Assembly (NCBI GenBank): GCA_965235115.1
Contig: OZ249436.1
Location: 37,448,001-37,512,000, forward strand
DNA length: 64,000 nt
Reading direction: 5' to 3'
From: Laetmonice hystrix
Lineage: Eukaryota
Made by a program: the position numbers and the translations under genes. Shown in pieces: positions 36,761 through 48,500 of this stretch; the stretch's first letter is position 1; the number at the start of each line of letters is the position of its first letter. Under the pieces are notes generated by a model. The model saw only the letters and a program-made list of their open reading frames with translations, was not told the origin of the DNA and did not search any database.

Positions 36761-39625
36761 CCCAAACATGGTCGTGTGTTGGAGTGTGTCACCTCATGTC
36801 ATATTTCCACTCTCTGGGGGCCCCTCGCCGGCTGGAAGTGCTTACTGGCACGTGCCCCCTGTGCTGCCACGGTGGGGTCGCAAGATGTCATCAAGATTAT
36901 CTGCGGACTGGAGCGGATTAGAGCTGGCTGGCTTGGATTAGCATCATTATCTCTCCAGACTGTCAAGGTTTAGCAGGACCGTCAACTTCCTGCTATGGCA
37001 CACTTGCTGGGCACAGGATGGTTATAAACATTTGGCCCAGTCACTTTAGCCACCGGGGAATCTACGAGTTGGGAGGGCGGGGGGGGGGGGGCAGAGGCCC
37101 TGCTGTGGAAAGGAAAACCAAAACCATCTTGTATGTAGATGTCTGCTAGCCTTCATATTATTCCTAAAATAACCATTATTCTTAAAACATAAACCTCCTT
37201 CTCAAACTTTTTGGTGGAATGGAGTATTGGAATGAATACTAAAAGAGATGCTTTCAGCTAAAATATCAACTTGGGCTCGTGTACATCAGACAGCAGAGTC
37301 GAACTTAGGCAGAGAGACAAGCGTTTCTGCCTCATTTTGATGGATTCAATGCTGAGCGAAAGAAGGCACCTCCTGGCAAGGGCCTGTCAGCAGTTCCAAA
37401 TGGCTTCCTGTACACCTAGAAGTTCCCGTGTCCAGGTAGTTTTTTGTTTTGTTTTTGTGTGGCCACTGTGACAGCACATGCTTCTTGAAGATATTTGCTG
37501 AGACACTGAAGCAGTAAAACAAATTGTTCGCTTCATGCGCAAAACTACATAAGTTGTCGCTAACTTGGGTTTAAAATATAATGTAATGTACAGTCTGTGG
37601 ATGTAGACCTCTATGGAATGTGTAAATAGGGTACAAACAGACATCAGGTCAGGGGTTCATGACTGTAAAGTGGCTTCTGAGAGAAGGGAATTCCTATTGA
37701 TATTTGGCAAGGTGAATCATTATATCTCCTCAACCTAAATTAGTTTCAGTAAGTTGTGAATACCACTAAACGTATGTTTATTTCATCAGGAAATCTCCCT
37801 CCATTCTGAATAACCCATTGAAACATGACACCCCTTTGGTAAAGATACAGTAGAAGGGTTTCGAATCAAAGATTTTTCGAAGTCAAACTTAGGTAGAAAC
37901 AATGTAAACAGAACTCGACTATGACCATGGGGTGCCGCCATGTCCCGAGACAAACTACAGCGGTTCTTGTAGGGGCCGACTTTACGTAGGCCTGCAGGTT
38001 CTTGTAGAGAGTCAAGCTGTGAAACCATTCAGGTGATGGGGCAGGTAGACATGTGGCGTGCTACTCGGGACTTGCAGTCAGCCACATACCTGGTGCTTTC
38101 AATCTATGAAGACATGTAGCAGCAGTGTGTGCTGACGGTGTTCTCCGTGAAGCAAGGAGGTCCACACACCCCCAATCTCCCCACCCCATGCACCACCCCC
38201 CCTCCTCCGCCCATCCCCACCCTCTAGCGGAACACCAAACTCCGCCTCCTCTCAGATATCCCACTGTTTTTCGGCTCGCTACCTAAACACAGATGTCAAC
38301 TGTGACTTTTCTTAACTCAGCGTGAAATCTTTGATTGGGGATAACCTAGAAATGAACCAATATTTCTCGGCCTAAGATTAACACGCATTTTTCGAGGACT
38401 GAATGAATGGAACTTTCACAGCGATGAGCAGCGAACTCCTACACGTGGGGAACCTGAAGCCCTTGCAATTGATTTAGGTGTCTGAGTGTATTCCAGGATT
38501 CGGGACTTTTTCTTCTCCTGTGTTTGAGTTTTTCTCTACTCCTGTGACTTAATGACAGTGTGTGCCACCGACTAAGTTTCTTTTTGCTGACTTGACCGTC
38601 TGACTGAGCGTATTTTATGGTCTGTGAGGGGAGCGGCCGGGAGCCTGAATGACATTGCCACACAGGTGCGGATACGTCCACAGAGTTTTTGTTACACCTG
38701 AATCCTGCATAAAAAGAAACTCCCATAAAATGGTTGAAAACAAGGTCCCCCGTTCCATCGCCGGATGGCACGGGGCATCCGGAGGGGGGGGGGGCTCCCT
38801 AGTCGTTCTGAATGACTCACATAGTGACAGTGAACGAGAAGCCATCGCTGAGATGTGTAGGTGTGTGAGTTAGGGGAGGTGTGTACTCTGTATTTTTCTA
38901 TTCCATGTGTATCTGTGCGTCATCGGATCTGCCAGGAAAAGTGTCTACCAGTGTCCCCCCCACCCACACGCCACCCCATCTACCCTTGTTACCCCAATGG
39001 AGAGGTCTCGTTGACTCGGAGCCCAATACCTCTCTCCCATCCCGCTCATGTCGCAGCCCAGTATTTGGTATGCGGCAGAGAATTCTGTTTTTCCTCCGAA
39101 CCAAGGCGGGGACCCCCTTAGAGGACAACGTCCCAATCTCTCCATCGAGTACTGCAGCCAAGCCCTCCTTCTTCAGCCCAACCTCCTTTGTCTGAGGTGG
39201 CCCAGCGGTATGGGCTCCCATCACCGGATCCCCGCTGCTGGACCAGCACCGAACCAGCCCCGGACTGAGCCTGATGGAATGTCACTCTGCTTCTCCATGA
39301 CATGGCTACGTGCTCAACCTCGCAGTCATCTTGACTGGCAAACTCTAGGCATCTAAAGAAACACTGGCTGACAGTGAAACACTTCTACACACAGCCTCAA
39401 GCCGTCATATCCTAACTTTTCTTATCCATAAAAACCATTTCACATATTATATAAAAAAATATAATTAAAATCATGTACGCCCCTTCCCTAAGTATACCTA
39501 ATATTTCCACTACCTTTGTCACACTTTCTCCCCCCCCCCCTCTCTCTCTCTTTCTCTCCCAGACACACAAGGGGAGCATCCCCTCCCAGTCAGACAGGCA
39601 TGCATGCTGTGCTTACATTTCCTAC

Positions 39626-39864
39626 CTGCAGGATATACCCGCGGGCATAATCCTCGTATGTCCAGCCGAAGCCGTGTAACACCTGCAGGACCTCGTCATG
39701 CTGCAAGACACTGAAGAGACGATCAAGAAGGATCTTGAGTCGGATCGGGGTGGCCTGCGCCCCATATAGCATCAGCGATGCAATGTCAAACACTATGTTG
39801 GCCTGCACTACCTCCACGTGCATTCCCAGTTGGTACATGGATCGGTACCCCAGCTTGTCCAAAG
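39626..39864 (-). CDS. BNC2: Internal coding exon of the same basonuclin/disco gene (conserved N-terminal region)
   Basis: Encodes (A)[79 protein letters not shown]. The acceptor is tttttgtcttttcag|CT (phase 1) and the donor CAG|gtagga (phase 0). It joins in frame to EQSGRVLDKW of the 9416 exon, reproducing the contiguous basonuclin motif GYILQ-x-x-x-G-x-VLDxW. Confidence 0.95.
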
Positions 39865-41169
39865 CTGAAAAGACAAAAAGCAGAGTTTCACGTTATTGGA
39901 TTATTGAGGCAATGATAAGGAATTTGAAGAAGACAAGCAGAAAGCAGTATGAACAACAAATAAAGTGTGATAGTCTGTTGTGTTTAAGTAAAATGTGAAC
40001 ACAGAGTCATTGTAATGAACATCGAACACATTTTACATTTGCTTGTCAGCAAATATAGTTGGCAGGATTTTCACCCAGGATTCCTCAGAAAGAGAGGCGA
40101 TGACCGTGTCAGTGGAACTTGAGCCTTCTACTGACGCAGTGAAATGAACAAAACTGCCATAAAATGCTTGCCATGTTTAAATCAAACAGATCAGAGCATC
40201 TGATACTATTTTATTTTGGGAGTTTCTTTTTGGTTCTGTGAGAAAGTGCACCATATTGACGCGGAACTTGTCAAAGCTGAAGGGGTCAGGTGTTCCTATA
40301 GTGCCCCTTCTAGATCCGGTCTTGTGCTGGCAAACCGACATGTTATAATCTGAGGGCAAGATTTACCATATTAATTAATTATCATTAAATTTATGTGATG
40401 AAAACATACTAGCTAACTTGTGAATTGCCCACATAATCTGACCCTCCCCAACTCTGATTCTGTCATGTAAATCCGCGGTAAGATAGCTGTGACCTATTGT
40501 AATAGACAGATCATTCTGATAATATAGTAGGGCGTAGTTTCCAGATAGACAGAGGAATTTGACAGGCGAGTCGTCTGACAAAATCTATGTAATGTAATAG
40601 TCCGTAAGGATTAATGAGCTAAGTGGTGACTTTTTTCCAGTAATTCTACAGGTGCAGATGGGAAGTCAACGAATGCTCCAGGAACAACCACAGCCGCAAC
40701 AATTGGGTCCAGTAAGGTATCAGTGGCTGCTAGACCAACAGCAGGAAACCGGGGCCTCAGTGTGACCAGTGGGGAGGAAGACAAGTTTGGTGGCACCATC
40801 AGTGGTACCACAGGAGTCGGCCAACGAGAGAGATCGACAGAGAGAGGGGTGGAGAAGGAGGAGAGAGTGAGAGAGAGGTGCTGCAGTGGCTGTATACGTA
40901 TGTGTGTCAGCCCCCCCCCCCCCCGGCTGACACCCCCCCTCACCTAATCCCCGCCCCCCTTTCGCTGGAGCAGAGAACCGCTGAGCTGGGAGCAGCAGTC
41001 ACGAGACACAGTGACCCTGCCTCAAACCCCCCTACATCATCCCGGGCCGGCAGGAGGACATGTAGGGGTCACGGAGATGGTGCAGGAATTCCTGGCATGT
41101 CTCGACAGCGGACGGCAGAGCGGCCCAGATGGGGCCCACTCTTTTCATGGCACTTCGTGGAACCGCAGA

Positions 41170-41170
<1 letters not shown>

Positions 41171-41204
<34 letters not shown>

Positions 41205-41206
41205 TG
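41171..41206. repeat. (CTG)10-TTG-CTG trinucleotide repeat (CAG on the gene strand)
   Basis: Seen directly; no supported exon around it. Confidence 0.95.
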
Positions 41207-44200
41207 CCAGGCGGCCGCCGCCTGGAAGACAGAGGACCGTGCTACCGCCCCGACCCTGACCCGACCGACTGGTCGGCCGGGCGCGGGGGGCAGACAGCCA
41301 CCCGTTCAATATACCCCTGCTGCTCTATATCTCTTATGTTTAAAAGATCATCTTTGGTGCGATATAATGAACTGTGCCACTGATGTGCAATGACATAAAA
41401 AGTGGCAAAGTCAGCTCAAGGAAAGTGGTTCAGACGCCCACTCAAGTTAACAACTACGTCCGGTGTTAGCACTCATAACTTTGAAAAATTAGGGGAAAGT
41501 ATCCGCTGTATTTTTCAACACTTCACAAGTTTCTTACAAGGAATTCTACGCACTGGTTTTGTTTTGCGCTCTTTTTTTCTGTCAATTTCTAATGGAAAAC
41601 GACTTTTAAATAATACACCAACGTTAACAAATTCGGTGTGGTTCTACAGTTCAGTGATGGCATAACATGGACTTTACAGTATACCAGCTGACACTCCCGT
41701 CTCCTCCGCCTCCCCCCGCTCGTTTTTTCCCCGGCTCTCTGCCCCCCCCCCCACCCCCACCCCACCACTACCTCCATCCCACTAAACCAGCGCTGTCCAT
41801 CTCCCCCGTACACAGGGTCCGTGTTCCGCGCCACAGGTAGAGCTCCGTATCTCGCAACTACTACTACAAAAACCCAGGTGAGCAGCCATCACTTATCACA
41901 CAACCCGCCGTATCCCTATAGCCGGGGCTACAGGTGACCTTGGCTCTATCACATTCACCGTACAACGTGATGAATTGGCCCGTCGGATGTACCTGTCATC
42001 TGCAGAGGTATCAGTACCTGAGAAAACAGCATCACCTCACAGCCTCCCTCGGCTGGACCACACAGATGGTGACACTGTACACATATATATAATATCATAA
42101 GTCACAAGTCTGTGATATATACAGTCTCAGGCGGAACACAGCCTTGGGATAAACGTCTCATGAAATGGTCAAAGCACAAAGGGGCGTTTTCTGATTAAGA
42201 AATAACTTTTTATTTAGTTCCCCCCTCCCTATTACTTTCATAGTAATCAAATAAAGCTCATATAGAGATAAAACCCCAGAAAAGTGTTCAACATTTCAAA
42301 GAAACCTTTCCCAACCCCGTGCAGTTAAAGATTCGAAGAATTCAGTAGAAAAAGTGAACTTTGCTTTTAAGCCTGCGTAACATTTAAACAGTTACAGGAG
42401 AGCCATGGAAGGCATTCACCTATGTGTATAGTAACCCCCCCCCCCAACCTCCACTGCCACCCACAAATCCCTGGATGCAATCTTAGCACCTGCGTGCTTT
42501 GGGTTAGGCGTAAGTGGGGTTTACTCCAGTCTACTACGACCAATGGGGCAATGGGGGCTCTTGTACACCCTGTATATATATATACTGGAGGAAGGCAAGC
42601 CCCCCTTAATTGTACCATACTTACACCAACCCCATAAATCTCCAATCTCCCAGCAAGCTCCGTGGGGTGTCAAGCCCATCATTCTTTTCATACGAGGGAT
42701 ACGTTCGCATGCTATTCTAGTCATAATCTTTAAAAGTATTGATACATTCCCTATGGCGCCCGACCACGAAATGTACAACGTCGCGTTTTCACGAGGAACC
42801 GACCGTGTTAAAGTGGTTTCATTTGCGAATTTCTCGCAGTTTTGTGAAACATTTGAAAACGACCGGTCTGTGGGGAAAAAACAGCCAGCCGTTTTGGATG
42901 AACATACACATGCAGCAGGCTGCAAGATTACTCTTAATTCAAGACGAGTCTAGGACAGTGTTCGTTCTGTGCCTTTTGCCACCTCCACATCACATTCGGC
43001 CAACTCTCTCATTCATTCTTCAAGGCAGTTTCGGACCTTCATCACTTTTTTTCACTTTCAAGAAGAAATCACAGGGTGCTCTGTTTACCTTCTGTTGGCA
43101 TTATACCCAGCGCTTTTTGGTGTTCTGCTTTCTGTATGACCTCAGTTTAACAGAAGACGGCTTACGATTCTGGGATCATTACATGGGATGACTAACAGGC
43201 TTAACTCCATTATTTCTTTAGTTACATATAGATATAGAGTTAAGGTACATCTTCATTATAAGTTCAAAATCGCCATCCGAGCCAATATTTACGAAAATGT
43301 GCACTGCACATTCGTGACAACAAATTTCTAGGCACTGACAAAATACACACAAATTAATGTTCAATTTGTATAAAAACTGTTCTCCGAACTCTAAGTGTTA
43401 TCTTCTTGGTAAGATTTTGTGGCTTTCATAACGAATGGATTGTTTGAGTTCTTCTGCCTTATCTGTGATTCCGACGCTTGTCTTTCAAGGAGAAAGAAAC
43501 TTTCCTTGCGCCTTAATTCTGGCCTTTCTACACACCATAATACCCCGTGTACGTCTCCCTCTCTCACTGCCGAGTCTTGTAACTGACACCGGTCTGGTAG
43601 TAAACAGTTGGCAGAATGTTTGTAAATACGAGTCGGGTTAAGTATGGTCAGGGTTTGTGAATGGAGCGACACAACTACACGTGAACTGCTGCACGTCAAT
43701 CGTGAATCGGGGGTTCTCATTAAGGGTGCTGAATTCACGTGCATGACTGATATTGCACATCGCCATGGCAACGACGCAAAACAAATAATCACCATTTTGG
43801 TGATGTCCTCCTGGCGGCACTTTTTTGGCTGGTAACGTAAAACTAGTTCAGGTATCGCCAGATCAGCAATTAAAACGGAGAGCGACAATCACTCAGCAAA
43901 ATGCGACCGATTGCGGCGACAAACTACCAATGTTTGGCGCGCCGCCGCCGCCATTAACACCTATTTATGTGTCCTTTGGTGGAAAATGTTAAATGTCTTC
44001 AATTATTTTATACACCATTTGTATTGTGAAGAATCAAAATAAGTAGTCTTTCGCGCCGTACACCGGCGGTGGTCTTTATGTTGGGGGAAAATTAGAAAAA
44101 AAAAAAGTTTTACATGAATTTTCTCCTGTATGGAACAATCAGTTGAAGCTATCGGGCTTAAACAAGGACACGGCAACGACTGCACTGTGCATGCTAGATA

Positions 44201-45249
44201 CTGAGTGATACTTAAACACTCATGTCATGAAACATGTTGACGTTTCTAGCCGCCGCGCTGCCACAATTTGTTCGATAATCCCACTTATTAAGGCCCGGCA
44301 ACGTGCATGCTAATCTAGAGCCGCATGCCTTTGGACTTCCCATTCATTGATGCCATGACTCCCGCCAATACGGCAGTGTCAAATCAAGTCCTCACCCCTG
44401 ACCTCTAGATAACAGTATTACCACTAGTCCTCTGTGCTTGTACATTTGATTGCCTTTACCATTCTCCGAGAGCCAGTGGGTGTCCGCGGTGGACAGCGTC
44501 ACATGTCCGCAATCGATACAAATTAACGGCCGTACCAAGCCAGCAAACGTGAATACTAACAACCCTAGTTCGATATAAATCACAATTAGAGCCATACAGA
44601 GTGCGAGTCAAAATGAAAGAATAACACTGCAAGGTTGCTCTTGTCGCACGGCTGTCTGAAATTTGCACATTCGACTCTGGTTTGTGGTCTGGTAAAAAAA
44701 CTGGGACCTGTTCCAGTATTCAGTAGTAAAGGGACGTATTCATGCTGAAACGTTCTCATGCAAACCCTTCAATGGGGTCGCTTTTCGCCAGGCAGTCCGG
44801 GGGCATGGGCGTATGGAAAGGGTGGTAGTACTGAATGAAATAAATGGACCTGGTGTATGTGGGCTTTTTGAAGGCATTTGTCACTGTTTTAGCTGAGGGT
44901 GACATTGGAGATGGGGGGTTGTGCCAGTAGTTCCATTACGCTTGGCAGGCTGGCCGCACCCGAGGCCCTAGTCACCTTGTCACCAAGTCAGGCTCACATA
45001 ACCTCCCCCCCCCCCCCCATCCAATCACCAACCCTCACCTCTACCTCTGAATCTCCTACCCCCATCCAACCCCCAGAGCTGCACCTATCTGAATAATTGA
45101 TACAAACAGCCACATTTAAGTGAATTAAGCGGGAACACAAAGCCCGCCGCCAGCAGCTGGCTGCGGCCTCGGCACTTAGATCATTGTAGGGAGGAGGTAC
45201 CAGATCCACTGGGCGACACACTTCTGACAGTCCCTCCCCCCTTCCCCCT

Positions 45250-45500
45250 CCGCCCTCCGCCAGCAGTCTCTCTCCACCCTCACCGCCATTAACGTCGGAC
45301 AACCTGTTGACACCTTCTCTGATTGGACCAATTAGAAAACAAGCTGTCCCTAAAGACTCGGCGCAAATTGGCTCGTATCACGGCCCGGTGTCCAATTGCT
45401 GCCGATCGTCCAGGTCGGACAATGTCGCTCCGGGACCGACGGAATACGCCAGCATTAGCCATATAAAGTCAGGACTTTACCGCTGAGAGCTTTCAACTGG
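45250..45500 (+). promoter_or_regulatory. Candidate Pol II core promoter (GC box, four CCAAT boxes, TATA), antisense to basonuclin
   Basis: CCGCCC 45250; ATTGG 45322; CCAAT 45328; ATTGG 45367; CCAAT 45392; TATAAA 45462; Inr-like TCAACT with A at 45495. Confidence 0.45.
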
Positions 45501-48500
45501 CTCTTCATTTTCACCTTCTTATCAATTGCTGCTCTGATACGGAAAACACTACCACGGGTCAAGGACTCAAAACCGCTCGGTTAAATGTACCGGCTATCAA
45601 TCTCACATAGACAATCTTTGAAATATCAGACTGAAGGCAAGGGACTTTTCGTCCAGACCAGAAGATGCTCTGTTTCGGAAAGCTCCGAGCTTTCCCGCTT
45701 GTAATGCCAAAGCGACCATCCAGAAGTATGTTTCTTTAACTGTAATGGTTGTAAATACACTTGTGAGTGTAATACATAGCCGGTCCCAGCCCGCCCTGTT
45801 TAAGTGATTGACTTCCTCCTCACATCCATCACCAATGCGTACTTGATGCATTTCACTTTAACATTTCAGATTTGTTGTTTTTGGCCGTCAGTAAAGGCCT
45901 CAGAGTACGATGCCACAAAGGGGTTATAAATGGGAATTTGGGGGTTTCTTGGGTCAGCTCAAACTGTCTGGGACAGCGATAAACACTCTCTGGATGAAAC
46001 CCTGTCTCTATTTCAGTTATAGATGAAAGTGCTTCTCCTTCCTGTTCATTGCCATTAACTCATTTAAGACGACTAAATGACAGTTATATCTTGCACCAGT
46101 TCCCAAAGGCCTTCTTTCACCGTGACGTGTCCTTACAGTACTAAGACCTCAGTAAAAGATCCTTATGCTTAATTACCAAGACAATCGCCCAAACCGAATC
46201 AGAAACCAAACCCATGCTTTGGGTTGTGCACGCGCTTGCGCCCTCAGGAGTCAGATATTGATAACACACATCGCCTCGGGGGAGGAACCTTTTCATGGTC
46301 TTGTCTCACAAACCTTGTCATCATACACTTGGAAGGTACAGTTTCCCGCGTGTTTCACTCAAAGAGAACCCAAACTTCAGAGTAGCGGAGACTTCCATCG
46401 AGTGCTTTCTCTTTGATCAATAAAAGAGAACATTTTGACGGGAGAGGGGGGATTGTGGGTTGTGGGGCGCAGGGCAGGGTAGGGTTGAATGCACCAGTTT
46501 GGGGGGGGGGGGATTCTTGCTGAAGCACCATCAGAGCACAGTGAGAACTCTTCATATCAGCCCCGGAAACTCAAGTTGACAGTGTGTGTCCAATTGTTTC
46601 TCCGTCTCTCGACCGGGGTGTGTGATTGGCACACAGTTTGGCTTCGACCCACCTTGGAGGTACTTGAGTCGGTGATGCCTAAAGACAACAGTTCTTGGTG
46701 TCCGCTTACGGCCCGGTATGCCAGGTATTCGGCTTACAGTCCTTGTTGTGAATGTAATTTTTCCCCACAGGGTTGACTCCAAAATGACAACCCCCCCCCC
46801 CCCCCCCAACCTACCTCCCCCCCCCCCTCCCACAGCCCACAGTAGGTACAGTCTTGTCACAGAGCCAGTGTATAAAAGGCTGCAGGGTCGTATGCAATTA
46901 ATCGCGCTTCTCTCCTGGCTGACAATGCTCAGCAGGTGAGGCTGGAGTCGGACGGTACGGTGCTCCTCAGCGCCTGGAGGAACACATGGCAGAGTGACTC
47001 CAGGTGATGATGCTGGTGGCGGGCGCGTCGCCATCTTGAAGGTCCACGGCGCCAGTGTACAAACCTCCAAACTCCCCCCGCGCCCTCCCTACACTCCTAC
47101 TCCATTCATCCTTTCTTTGTGTGCGAAATCCATCACCAAAACAAGTGACAAATATCCGAAATTTGTTAAACATCTCTCGTCTAGGAATATCACAATCATG
47201 GTTTATTTCGAGCTCCTTTATGAGCGCCTAAAGAACAAACACGGCACAAACCATGAATTTGTGGGTCAAGATCACTTCTTGTTTGACCAAAGGTGCTTGA
47301 GATCCTTCTGACTTATATTTTTTCTAAAGGTTCTACTTTAGAGCAGTTACTGAGGCCCTACCTGGTGGGTTTGGGGTGCTCTGAAGTACCCCCTTCTCCG
47401 CCTTCCGCCCCCATCCACTTCTGCTACGCCCTGTCTACTGGAGTCAGCACGTGTAAACTTATACCAGTCATGACAGCCGATGAATTCCCTCCCTTCTAGT
47501 AGAACACATCTGCACATAATGCATATTCGCCATCAGGGTACCCCTACAGACGCAGTCAATTTTTATATTCAGTCCTTTCAGTCACCCTGTAACTTTTCTA
47601 GATAGGTTATAGGCTAAAGCGATGCCAGCCTGGTATTGGCTGCAATACCAATCATACCGTGCCAAAGTGACGGGAAGAATGTGCATAGAGACGCAGTGAG
47701 ACACAGGCCCATCACAGTGGAATCTCTCATAATGGGAAAATGTAACTTTATCATGAACATCTCGGTCTGTAAAGGGTTCTAAATATATAACATAAACTCC
47801 TGTTTTTATACATATGCTGTATCATTAAAAGGGCGTTGATGTGGAAGAATTAGAAATTACCAAATTGTTCACAAATGCTTTACTTTAAGGTTAGCACAGC
47901 ATAGAATGCATTATCACTGATATTGACAGAAAATGTCAAATTACAATCTGGTGACATCTAACGTTATGTTGCCAATTTCTCCCTCATTCTCAACGGTAAT
48001 TGGGCACCCAGACGGCCCCTACTGAAGTAAGTTGTCGTTGCTATACATCCATGGATTTACATAGTTGATGGCCGGATTTTTGGGTCGGTAAAAATGTTTG
48101 TTTATGTATTAAACTAAACAAGCACTTGATAAACGAGGTATAGTAATACACGGCACACGTGAGGTTCGGCTTGACGAAGAACGCAAATCACACATTTACA
48201 GTCTCTGCCGTTCCTTTGGCCCACAAATCTTATTTCTTATTTTTTTTATCATATTTTCTTTCCTTTTTACGCTGGGCACCCTACAGGTATTCGGACGAAT
48301 TTCTGTAACCTGACCTCAAATATGAAGATTTCTTCAATATGAAACCTGAACTGGGTTTCCAAAGTAACTGTTGTACGTTTCCAAAGTTGTACGCCGTGGA
48401 AATCCTGAACCACCAACGATATCGAACTCTCCTATATTATTGACAGCACCATTATTTGATCCTGTCCCTTCCCATTTTACATTCAGATTTTCTTATAATT

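Larger units (their letters stand above)
9417..39625 (-). other. ~30.2-kb phase-0 GT-AG intron of the basonuclin gene
   Basis: GT at 39625-39624 and AG at 9418-9417 with a polypyrimidine tract; the flanking exons join in frame with no missing conserved residues. Confidence 0.92.
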
